In this document: piece by piece, positions 51,801-64,000 of the stretch
Numbering within the stretch: the stretch's first letter is position 1
Layout of the letters: each line of letters opens with the position of its first letter
Translations under genes and position numbers: made by a program
The notes under the pieces: generated by a model
Database searches by the model: none
What the model was told of the DNA's origin: nothing
The model's input: only the letters and a program-made list of their open reading frames with translations
NCBI GenBank assembly: GCA_002269645.1
Contig: NIVC01000980.1
Coordinates: 62,001 to 126,000 of the forward strand
Length of the DNA: 64,000 nt
Source of the DNA: Macrostomum lignano
Taxonomy: Eukaryota
Reading direction: 5' to 3'

Positions 51801-54800
51801 TGCCCCTCACTCCCTGCCCCTCACTCCCTGCCCCTCACTCCCTGCCCCTCACTCCCTGCCCCTCACTCCCTGCCCCTCACTCTCTGCCCCTCACTCCCTG
51901 CCTCTCACTCCCCGCCCCTCACTCCCTGCCCCTCACTCCCTGCCCCTCACTCCCTGCCCCTCACTCCCTGCCCCTCACTCCCCGCCCTCACTCCCGCTCC
52001 CTGCCCCTCACTCCCTGCCCCTCGCTTCCTGCCCCTCACTCCCTGCCCCTCACTCCCTGCCCCTCACTCCCTGCCCCTCACTCCCTACCCCTCACTCCCT
52101 GCCCCTCACTCCCTGCCCCTCACTCCCTGCCCCTCACTCTCTGCCCCTCACTCCCTGCCCCTCACTCCCTGCCCCTCGCTTCCTGCCCCTCACTCCCTGC
52201 CCCTCACTCCCTGCCCCTCACTCCCTGCCCCTCACTCCCTACCCCTCACTCCCTGCCCCTCACTCCCTGCCCCTCACTCCCTGCCCCTCACTCCCTGCCC
52301 CTCACTCCCTGCCCTCACTCCCTGCCCCTCACTCCTGCCCCTCACTCCCTGCCCCTCACTCCCTGCCCCTCACTCCCTGCCCCTCACTCCCTGCCCCTCA
52401 CTCCCTGCCCCTCACTCCCTGCCCCTCACTCCCTGCCCCTCACTCCCTGCGCCTCACTCCCTGCGCCTCACTCCCTGCGCCTCACTCCCTGCCCCTCACT
52501 CCCTGCCCCTCACTCCCTGCCCTCACTCCCTGCGCCTCACTTCCTGCCCCTCACTCCCTGCCCCTCACTCCCTGCCCCTCACTCCCTGCCCCTCACTCCC
52601 TGCCCCTCACTCCCTGCCCCTCACTCCCTGCCCCTCACTCCCTGCCCCTCACTCCCTGCCCTCACTCCCTGCCCCTCACTCCCTGCCCCTCACTCCCTGC
52701 CCCTCACTCCCTGCCCCTCACTCCCTGCGCCTCACTCCCTGCGCCTCACTCCCTGCGCCTCACTCCCTGCCCCTCACTCCCTGCCCCTCACTCCCTGCCC
52801 CTCACTCCCTGCGCCTCACTCCCTGCCCCTCACTCCCTGCCCCTCACTCCCTGCCCCTCACTCCCTGCCCCTCACTCCCTGCCCCTCACTCCCTGCCCCT
52901 CACTCCCTGCCCCTCACTCCCTGCCCCTCACTCCCTGCCCCTCACTCCCTGCCCCCCACTCCCAATCCAATATTCAAGCCAAGCAATCAGCAGCTCACTC
53001 GAATGCCAAGAAATTTTCTCTGCAGCACTACCCAACTGAGCAGGTAGGTGAAGGACGGGCAAACGGCAAATATGGTCATCATGTCCAGGCCGGGAATCAT
53101 AGTTAGAGATCGGTAGATGCAGTAGAGCATGAAATCCCATAATAGTGTGAATACGGTTGCTCGGACTGCAAATATTTTGGCTTTGCTCAGCTCTCCCGTC
53201 ATGATCACCATGTTTAGCCTGGAATTAGAACGGCAGTTTTATCTCATAGTTGCTTACATTTGTAAGACTAGCTTTGTTGAATAGAATAGAATAGAATAGA
53301 AAAGAATAGAATAGAATAGAATAGAACAGAATAGTATAGAATAGAATAGAATAGAATAGAATAGAATAGAATAGAATAGAATAGTATAGAATAGAATAGA
53401 ATAGAATAGAATAGAATAGAATAGAATAGAATAGAATAGAATAGTATAGAATAGAATAGAATAGTATAGAATAGAATGGAATAGAATAGAATTGTATAGA
53501 ATAGTATAGAATAGTATAGAATAGAATAGAATAAAATAGAATAGAATAGTATAGAATAGTATAGAATAGAATAGTATAGAATAGAATAGAATAGAATAGA
53601 ATAGAATAGAATAGAATAGAATAGAATAGAATAGAATAGAATAGAATAGAATAGAACAGAATAAAATAGAATAGAATAGAATAGTATAGAATAGAATAGA
53701 ATAGAATAGAATAGAACAGAATAAAATAGAATAGAATAGAATAGTATAGAATAGAACAGAATAAAATAGAATAGAATAGAATAGTATAGAATAGTATAGA
53801 ATAGTATAGAATAGAATAGAATAGAATAGAATAGAATAGAATAGAATAGAATAGAATAGAACAGAATAAAATAGAATAGAATAGAATAGTATAGAATAGT
53901 ATAGAATAGTATAGAATAGAATAGAATACAGTAGAATAGAATAGTATAGAATAGTATAGAATAGAATAGTATAGAATAGAATAGAATAGAATAGAATAGA
54001 ATAGAATAGAATAGAATAGAATAGAATAGAATAAAATAGAATAGTATAGAATAGAATAGAATAGAATAGAATAGAATAGAATAGAATAGAATAGAATAGA
54101 ATAGAATAGAATAGAATAGAATAGAATAGAGTAGAATAGAATAGAATAGAATAGAATAGAATAGAATAGAATAGAATAAAATAGAATAGTATAGAATAGA
54201 ACACCTGTGCAGATCCCTCAGCTGGCTGAGGTCGGGGCCGAGCCAACAGGCGCAGAATGCCATATAGACAGGGTAGCTCAGCACCAGCAGCCCCCCGGAC
54301 AGGTAGGTCAGCAGGAACGGCAGCTGCACCGGTGTCGCAACAGCCGTAGCCGAGCCGACGTTCACCGCGCCCGCAGGCGTGGTGCCGGCACCGGCCAAGT
54401 CCAGCTCCGAGCCGTTGCTTCCAGCGCTGCCGTTGCCGCCATCGACGCCGCCGCTGCCGGCGCTACTGTCGGCGATGCCGTACAGCTGGAAGACGCTGTT
54501 GACGCAGACGATCCACAGGCAGCAGACCACGCAGCTGAGCAGCAGGCCGTAGGCGATTTTCTTCAGCGCGTCGGCCGCGGCGGAGCTGCTTGTACTGTCG
54601 GCGACAACTGGAACGGTGCCCATCGCTGTGCCCGGCAGGCTGTTGGACACCTGTGACCTGTTGTTTTCCCGGCTGGGCGGCCGGCTTGAGAACTGCGAGT
54701 TGCGGTGCTGCTGCAGGTAGCCGGAGCTGCGCAGGCTGGCGTAGCTGGAGGCCAGCGTTTCCGAGAAGCTCGCCGGATCGCCTGCGGGTTGGCGGCGGGT

Positions 54801-55401
54801 CTCATCAGCTCCGAGCACTGAGTCATCATCAGCTCCAATCTCTGACTCATCATCAGCTCCGATCTCTGACTCATCATCAGCTCCGAGCTCTGACTCATCA
54901 TCAGCTCCGAGCTCTGACTCATCATCAGCTCCGAGCTCTGACTCATCATCAGCTCCGAGCTCTGACTCATCATCAGCTCCGAGCTCTGACTCATCGTCAG
55001 CTCCGAGCTCTGACTCATCATCAGCTCCGAGCTCTGACTCATCATCAGCTCCGAGCTCTGACTCATCATCAGCTCCGAGCTCTGACTCATCATCAGCTCC
55101 GAGCTCTGACTCATCATCAGCTCCGAGCTCTGACTCATCGTCAGCTCCGAGCTCTGACTCATCATCAGCTCCGAGCTCTGACTCATCATCAGCTCCGAGC
55201 TCTGACTCATCATCAGCTCCGAGCTCTGACTCATCATCAGCTCCGAGCTCTGACTCATCATCAGCTCCGAGCTCTGACTCATCATCAGCTCCGAGCTCTG
55301 ACTCTACAACCTGTCACCACCATTCTCTACAACCCGTCACCATCATTCTCACCAACCCGTCACCGTCATTCCCAAGCCAGAGTCCCCGACAGCCGCTCAC
55401 C
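48866..55401 (-). CDS. SLC35F3: SLC35F3/F4-like drug/metabolite transporter family member. Exons ending 55401 (start uncertain, ~55580), 54781-54205, 53218-52999, 51572-51456, 51371-51299, 50658-50443, 49083-48866. The N-terminal exon is unresolved (candidate ~55960-56040)
   Basis: KKIAYGLLLSCVVCCLW, PFLLTYLS...YPVY, FTYLLSWVVLQRKFLGIR|IIAFLLGTSGVILLVY, PWQFVFG and RVAGIAAVAVAFLLTFVPEGW match recalled SLC35F3/F4 motifs. Junctions are GT-AG and phase-compatible. F3 versus F4 cannot be resolved here. Confidence 0.82.
50708..51265. repeat. 44-bp minisatellite (GCAACCACCTCACTCCACATGTACACACCCGACTTCCCGCTC..)n
   Basis: Direct reading. Confidence 0.92.
51605..52960. repeat. 14-bp minisatellite (CACTCCCTGCCCCT)n
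   Basis: Direct reading. Confidence 0.95.
53277..54200. repeat. (AATAG)n pentanucleotide array with AGTAT variants
   Basis: Direct reading. Confidence 0.97.
54805..55302. repeat. 24-bp minisatellite (TCAGCTCCGAGCTCTGACTCATCA)n, ~20 copies
   Basis: Direct reading. Confidence 0.95.
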
Positions 55402-56394
55402 TTCGTGCATCCCCAATAGGCTGGACCTGCGCCTGGCCAAGTCCTGCAGCGCGTTGCCCAATTCAAGGTTGGCAGCGGGGCTTCGAGCGCCTCCGCTTGC
55501 CGCCGAGACCCGCTTGGACTCCGGCGTCAGACTGGTTGAGACCCTCAGCTTTAGCAACTCCCTGGAGTTGTTGCTCTCTAAACTTCTAAACTCTTAACGA
55601 TTAATAGTCAATGCCCCGTTTTAACAGGAACCTCGAGATATGAATATATATTAAGGCGTGGCTAGAGAAGTAAGAATATTGAGGTGGCTGCGAGCTGGGC
55701 CAGTCTCTATCTATCGCTACTCGTCCCCAATAAGATGAGATAAACAAGCGTGCCCGGCGCCGATATCCGGGAGAGGCCGGTAGCAAGGCTGAAGTCTGGG
55801 ACGAGAGAGAGAGTCAGGAAGAGGGGCCAGCCTCGAGCAAAGAGACGCCTTCTCAAGGGGAGGCTTTCTTCGAGAATCTTTGAGAGCAGAGAGACGGATG
55901 CGCACTCGGCCCCCCTCTGCACTGCACTGTACTCTTGCCGTCTGCACCTCTTCCCAGCTTCCCTACCCGAAGTCTTCCAATCCCAGTGCGAGTCACGAAT
56001 GAGTCCCGAGCCATGGAGCTCTAGATGCAACATCTCTGGCACTATGAGTATTTTTATTATTTTCTGGACTTCTGAGCGGGCGTACGTGCTAGTTGAAGTT
56101 GTTAATAATCATTGAACATAGTGAACAGGGGCGTAAGCCAAGCGGGGTCATGAGGGTCAAGGGGTCATGGGGGTCAAGGGGTCATGGAGGTCATGGGGGT
56201 CAAGGGGGTCATGGGGGTCAAGGGGGTCATGGGGGTCAAGGGGGCCATGGGGTCAAGGGGGTTATGGGAGTCAAGGGGGTCATGAAGCCCTCCCCCAGAC
56301 TGCCAAACATTTAAATTCTGAATCCTAATTTATTATTGTCAACTAGTTAGGTGATAGTATATGTAAATATCCCCTGTAGCGCTTAGTTGGCGTT

Positions 56395-56745
56395 AAAAAT
56401 CTCATTTGTGGCGCTCGTTTGGCGCTAAAAATCTGAATTGCGGCTCTCAATTGTGGAGTTCATTTGCCGCTGAAAATTTTTGGCGCTAAAAATCTCGATT
56501 CCGGCGCTCATTTGGCGCTAAAAATCTGAATTGCGGCTCTCAATTGTGGAGTTCATTTGCCGCTGAAAATTTTTGGCGCTAAAAATCTCGATTCCGGCGC
56601 TCATTTGGCGCTAAAAATCTGAATTGCGGCTCTCAATTGTGGAGTTCATTTGCCGCTGAAAATTTTTGGCGCTAAAAATCTCGATTCCGGCGCTCATTTG
56701 GCGCTAAAAATCTGAATTGTGGCGCTCATTTGGCGCTAATATCTC
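56395..56745. repeat. 93-bp tandem repeat (~3.5 copies) rich in TTTGGCGC. An 18-bp GGGGTCAAGGGGGTCATG array lies just upstream at ~56148-56285
   Basis: TTTGGCGC at 56418, 56511, 56604 and 56697 gives the 93-bp period. Confidence 0.9.
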
Positions 56746-57259
56746 GACTCCAGCTGGCAGGCTACATCATTAGAGACGATTCGATGAGTGCACTGCCCAC
56801 AGCCGCTGGTGCATTCGGCGTTTCGTCGACAGTCGCTTGGCCCAGAGACTTTGTGTCTCATGCTGACTTTCCTCTCCAGATTCTATTGTATCAGGCAGTC
56901 CTTGACCAACGCAGCTTCCCTACCTGACTTACCTCTACTTTCCTCCCAATCCTTTTCACTCTTCCTAAATAATTATTTTCTTGGTAATTGGAAAAAAACT
57001 GTGGCCCAATAGGATGTAGAAATACGAGTTATTATTGCAGTCCCAATTCCAATAATTGGGCTGCGGCTCCGACCTCGGACAGAAAAGCACTGAGGGAGGG
57101 ACAGACGGTCAGCCCTATTGCTAATGAGAGTGCCGACTTGAGCCAATCAATGGGCAAACAGATGGCTTTGCCTCACCACTCTGTCTAATGACTTTTTAGT
57201 GAGTGGACTCGCTCAGCTTCAGTATGGAGAAAGAACAATACGAGAAGAATGTGTTGGCC

Positions 57260-58569
<1,310 letters not shown>

Positions 58570-59239
58570 GAAAACTGACTTTAAACAAAAACTCTCCAAC
58601 GTAAAATTAGTCACAACTTTTCAACAAAGCTTAATAAAAACAATTTGCAACAAGTCTTAAAAGTGTATTTTGCACGTTTGCAATTGGCATTTGATGCTTC
58701 TTTGAGTCAGATTCGTACCTTTCTAGCCAGGCTGTGTTGTGTACACTATGGTTAAAGTTAATTTCGCATTAATCTCGTGCATTCAACCGGATGCTGTCAT
58801 TTCGGTAGGGTTGAACATTAGATCACGAATGCTCAGCTGGGTGGAGTCGGGGCATCACGGGCAGATGAGATTCTTAATTGGCACTTGAAGAATAATTCAT
58901 CCCGCTCTTATATTCCGCCAGCTCTCTTTCCAGGTAAACTAGCTAGATCCAATTATTGGTTAATTAGTGAGAGATCTGCTTTTATAAAAGGTTTCCCCTG
59001 AACCAGAAACCTCGCTACAGCCAAATCAAGCTTTCACTTCGAGGAGCAGTCGAGCGAAAGAAAAACTTAGCATGGCAAGAAGGAAATCATTAAAGGCCAA
59101 AGCGAGTGAGCAGCTTAGCATTGCAGGGCAAGAGAAATGGAGAGGCCGCACAAGGAAGAAGAAAGTACAAATAGTTGTTAAGGAGCGGAGAAGCGGGAAG
59201 ATAGCGAATCGGGGAGATGGAGAAACGGAGAGATGGCGA

Positions 59240-60075
59240 AACAGGAAGATGTGGAAACGGGGAGATGGGAAAACAAGAAGATGGGGAAACGGAGTGATGG
59301 GAAGATGGAAGATGGGGAGAAGGAAAGATGGGGAGGACTTGGAAGATTGGGAATAGGGAAGATGCAGGGGAATAGAGAAAATAGGGAGAAGGGAGGATGG
59401 GGAGAAGGGAAGATGGGGAGAAGGGAAGATGGGGAATAGGGAAGATAGGGAGAAGGCAAGATGGAGAGAAGGGAAGATGGGGAGAAGGGAAGATGGGGAA
59501 ACAGGAAGATGGGGAAATGGAGTGATTGGGAGAATTGGGGAGATGGAGAGAATTAGGAAGCTGGGGAGAAGAGAAGATGGGGAGGATTGGGAAGATGGGG
59601 AATGGAGAAGATGGGGAGAAGGGAAGATGGGGAGAAGGGAAGATGGGGAGGATTGGAAAGATGGGGAGAAGGAAAGATGGGGAGAAGGGAAGATGGGGAG
59701 GATTGGGAAGATGGGGAATGGAGAAGATGGGGAGGATTGGGAAGATGGGGAATGGAGAAGATGGGGAGAAGGGAAGATGGGGAGAAGAGAAGATGGGGAG
59801 GATTGGGAAGATGGGGAATGGAGAAGATGGGGAGAAGGGAAGATGGGGAGAAGGGAAGATGGGGAGAAGGGAAGATGGGGAGAAGGGAAGATGGGGAGAA
59901 GGGAAGATGGGGAGAAGGGAAGATGGGGAGAAGGGAAGATGGGGAGAAGGGAAGATGGGAGAAGGGAAGATGGGGAGAAGGGAAGATGGGGAGAAGGGAA
60001 GATGGGGAGAAGGGAAGATGGGGAGAAGGGAAGATGGGGAGAAGGGAAGATGGGGAGAAGGGAAGATGGGGAATG
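59240..60075. repeat. Purine-rich 16-bp minisatellite (GGGAAGATGGGGAGAA)n downstream of the TTLL9 stop
   Basis: Direct reading. Confidence 0.92.
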
Positions 60076-60206
60076 GGATAATAAATTGGGAGTGGTGGCT
60101 AAGTAAGCCTCTCAGAAGCAAGAAGTAGACAGGCAGAGACAGGTTAATCAGATCTAGAGATTAAGGAGCATGATAAGAACAAAGGGATTGGAGCCACCGA
60201 GTCAGT

Positions 60207-63200
60207 TCACTTGGCAGCCTTGGCAGCCGCAGCCAGTTCTCTCTGTAGCAGCTGCAGCTGCTGCAGCCGGTCATTGTAGCAGCCCAGGAATGAGTTATTG
60301 GAGTAGATATTGGAGCGCATCCGCTCCATGCCCTCCAGTCGGGTGGGGTCGTCCGAGTCAACCGGCGCGTCCTCCCAGTAGATGAGGTCGAAGCCGCCCA
60401 CGCGCCGCTCGCGACCGGTCAGCCTGGCGCGGGGCGGGGGAGGCACTTGGAGTTTAATCTAGTCCAGATCTAGTCTAGTCTAATCCAATCTAGTCTCACC
60501 CAGTTTAGTCTCATCCAGTCTGGTCTAGTCTAATCTAGTCTAGTCTAATCTAATCTAATCTAGTCTAGTCTAATCTAGTCTAATCTAGTCTAATCTAATC
60601 TAGTCTAATCTAGTCTAGTCTAATCTGCCTGATCTAATACAATATTATTCTATCCAATCTAATCTGATGCACTCTAACCTGAGCTAATCCAACCTGAGCT
60701 AATCCAACCTGAGCTAATCCAACCTGAGCTAATCCAACCTGAGCTAATCCAACCTGAGCTAATCCAATCTGAGCTAATCCAATCTGAGCTAATATAACCT
60801 GAGCTAATATAACCTGAGCTAATCCAACCTGAGCTAATCTAATCTGAGCTAATCCAACCTGGGCTAATCCAATCTGAGCTAATCCAACCTGAGCTAATCC
60901 AACCTGAGCTAATCCAACCGACTGAACTCTCATCTACTCAGTGCAGCTCCAGCCGCTCACTTTCCCTCCATGTCCACAATGGTGAGGGTGTCCTCCAGCA
61001 GGCCGAACTTCAAATCGTAGTCCTCCTTGGACGACGCAGTTAGCGAAGGCGACGCGTTGACCTCAATGAGCCAGGGCTGCAGGTCCGAGTCCAGCAGAAT
61101 GTCGTAGCCGTAGAGCTCGAAGCAGTGCTTGTCGTTAATCATGATCTTCTGCACGCTCTGCAGACTCTTTAGAAAGATGTTGTCCATGTCACGGAATACC
61201 TGCTCAACCTGGATGGATTGGGGCAGGCCGCTGGATTAAATTAATTAAACTGCTTCTCAAGGCAGCTCGCAGTAGTTATTGGTCACGAAATGTTTCGCTT
61301 TGTCTTGGTTGCGAATGCTGAATCAAGGACTGCTGTGCGTAGCGCTTGGACTGTATTTTTAGCGCTTATTTTGGGGGTCCTTGCGCGTGGACCCTCTCGA
61401 CACTGATAAAAAGTGTGTACTAGTGTAAAAGTGTAGGGCTTTGCTGAACTTGTTGATTAGAGAGCAGTCACCCAAAGCGTAAAGATAAAGTTAATCGTTA
61501 AGCATGGATTTATTGGGGAATTTCTGAGATGCTCATGGGTTTACTGGGGAATTGCTCAGATGGTCATGGGTTTATTAGGGAATTGATTAAATGGTCATGG
61601 GCTCCTGTTTTGAATTTGTTTGAGAAGCTTAAAATTAGCTCAAAAAGAAAACTTTCCGGGTTAGCAACAAGTCACTTAACAAGTCTCAAACTCACTCTCT
61701 CAACGCCGTGCTTAGCAGTGAGGTACTCTCTCAGCTTAATGATGGACCATTTGGCACCTTTGTCCGGGTCATAGTCTGGGGCCGTCTTCTGCACAGCCAC
61801 GTTGGTGAGGTGAACGTCTGGGTGAGGGGTTACGGATGAAGCAAAGATTAGCGATGGAATTGGGGATGAATAGTAATTTAAATTTAATCCCATTCTCAAG
61901 CGGCCCTCAGCATCCATTATCCAGATCCTCATTCTCAGCATCATTCAGATCCTCAGCATCATTCAGATCCTCAGCATCATTCAGATCCTCAGCATCATTC
62001 AAATATTCAGCATCATTTAGATCCTCAGCATCATTCAGATCCTCAGCATCATTCACATCCTCAATATCATTCAGATCCTCAGCATCATTCAGACCCTTAG
62101 CATCATTCAGATCCTCAGCATCATTCAGATCCTCAGCATCATTCAGATCCTCAGCATCATTCAGATCCTCAGCATCATTCAGATCCTCAGCATCATTCAA
62201 ATATTCAGCATCATTTAGATCCTCAGCATCATTCAGATCCTCAGCATCATTCACATCCTCAATATCATTCAGATCCTCAGCATCATTCAGACCCTTAGCA
62301 TCATTCAGATCCTCAGCATCATTCAGATCCTCAGCATCATTCAGATCCTCAGCATCATTCAGATCCTCAGCATCATTCAGATCCTCAGCATCATTCAAAT
62401 ATTCAGCATCATTTAGATCCTCAGCATCATTCAGATCCTCAGCATCATTCACATCCTCAATATCATTCAGATCCTCAGCATCATTCAGACCCTTAGCATC
62501 ATTCAGATCCTCAGCATCATTCAGATCCTCAGCATCATTCAGATCCTCAGCATCATTCAAATATTCAGCATCATTCAGATCCTCAGCATCATTCACATCC
62601 TCAATATCATTCAGATCCTCAGCATCATTCAGACCCTTAGCATCATTCAGATCCTCAGCATCATTCAGATCCTCAGCATCATTCAGATCCTCAACATTGT
62701 TTAGATCCTCAGCATCATTCAGATCCTCAGCATCATTCAGATCCTCAACATCATTCAGATCCTCAGCATCATTCAAATCCTCAGCATCATTCAGATCCTC
62801 AGCATCATTCCGATCCGCAGCATCATTCAGATCCTCAGCATCATTCAGAGGCTCCATCCTCAGCCTCATCCTCAACATCATTCAGAGTCTCCATCCTCAG
62901 CATCATTCAGATCCTCAGCATCATTCAGAGGCTCCATCCTCAGCCTCATCCTCAACATCATTCAGAGTCTCCATCCTCAGCATCATTCAGATCCTCAGCA
63001 TTGTTTAGATCCTCAGCATCATTAAGATCCTCAGCATTGTTTAGATCCTCAGCATCATTCAGAGGCTCCATCCTCAGCCTCATCCTGAACATCATTCAGA
63101 GTCTCCATCCTCAGCATCATTCAGAGTTTCCATCCTCAGCAACATTCAGAATGTCCATCCTCAGCATCATTCAGAGTCTTCATCCTCAGCATCATTAAAT

Positions 63201-64000
63201 GCTTTAATTCTGTACTCACTATAATGAAAAAACTTAATTGTTTTGTTTTAAAAAGTCGAAAATTTAAAATATGATTGTAAGTACTTAGAATTTCGTAATT
63301 ATTTTTTAAGACCTTAGCTTAAATCGTCAAATAGAAAGTCTCGAGACAAAGAAAATGTTGAGAATTTTCTCCCTTGCTCAAGTGTGCTCCAACTGAAATT
63401 TTATCTCTCTGTTAGCAACCCTCTTCCAAGATCTGAATTAACCTGCAGTTACTTCGCAACACGGATTTAAGGAGTTCGTCATGTCCTCCTTAATAAGGAA
63501 CTGCTGTTCATCAGACCGGCTAAACCGTCTCAAACCCTCTTCAAACAGGTCAGCCAGACGGTCGTAAATCTTAATAATTTCGAAATAGCTAATAAATAAG
63601 TTCTGTCTGTCTGTCCCGCCATGTAGCTCTAAAATAGCCAGTCTGGAGAGCTTCTGGGATGCCAAGGCTGTTTGGAGCGCTTTTCCAAGAAATAAGACTA
63701 CTCTGGAGAGTTGCTGAGAATCAATGGCTCAAGGCGGATTCTGAACAACTGTCAAGACTCTTGGGTTTCTGGATATCTAGTTCTAGAAATCCATGGCTAA
63801 ACAAGCCTTGACTAATTTTGTCGTATATTGTTCAAATATTTTACTATTTCCGTCAAGTCTAGCTTTTTACAGTCGTCCTTATTGGTTTCTTCATCTGAGC
63901 GTACTTTTAGTACATGCGCACTAAACTACAAATTTATTATAAGCCTGACGAATTCGCAACTCACAGGTGTCATCAATTGAATCGCTGGTGTACCGAGTGT
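60207..64000 (-). CDS. TTLL9: Probable tubulin polyglutamylase TTLL9, 3' part (5' end lies beyond the window). Exons >64000-63965, 61817-61696, 61208-60961, 60423-60207
   Basis: [11 protein letters not shown]|[24 protein letters not shown]...HGVER|[21 protein letters not shown]...[35 protein letters not shown]...DMEGK|[13 protein letters not shown]...LGCYNDR closely matches recalled TTLL9. Phases are consistent. Confidence 0.93.
60465..60918. repeat. Two adjacent intronic arrays: TCTAGTCTAA-type (60465-60625) and 15-bp AACCTGAGCTAATCC (60680-60918)
   Basis: Direct reading. Confidence 0.9.
61905..63195. repeat. 18-bp minisatellite (TCAGCATCATTCAGATCC)n with higher-order blocks, in a TTLL9 intron
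   Basis: Direct reading. Confidence 0.93.

Noticed and set aside
51517-54246. (PCPSLPAPHSL)n and (YSILF)n ORFs of 330-530 aa
   Set aside because: They are intronic 14-bp and 5-bp arrays between verified SLC35F exons.
59072-60128. Gly/Arg/Glu-rich ORFs in several frames
   Set aside because: They are a translation of a purine-rich 16-bp array.

Overview
Eukaryotic (metazoan) genomic DNA, not prokaryotic. There are spliced genes with GT-AG introns, and nearly every intron or spacer is filled by a different mini- or microsatellite. The style resembles a free-living flatworm such as Macrostomum, but that is inference only. Five minus-strand genes were assembled by hand with exon phases checked: an SLC38A11-like amino acid transporter (4607-19095), a GPI-type Ly6/three-finger (quiver/sleepless-like) protein (25086-38281), a 1329-aa type I membrane protein with two tandem cholinesterase-like domains (40874-47568), an SLC35F3/F4-like transporter (48866 to at least 55401) and the 3' part of TTLL9 (60207 to window end). 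An 85-aa signal-peptide plus TM microprotein lies on the plus strand (23099-23356). Most long ORFs in the supplied track are translations of tandem repeats. The top candidate is the double-domain, catalytically dead, neuroligin-like protein, which has a furin-type RVRR site between its domains, a mucin stalk and a PDZ-type tail. A recurring architecture of inverted tandem arrays brackets Ly6 exon 2, the microprotein and a 0.5-kb spacer. Also found: a 5.75-kb TIR-bounded element inside a (TGTC)n array carrying a higher-order satellite, a decayed intron-containing Crypton-like recombinase, a LINE 3' remnant and a possible mutually exclusive TTLL9 exon.
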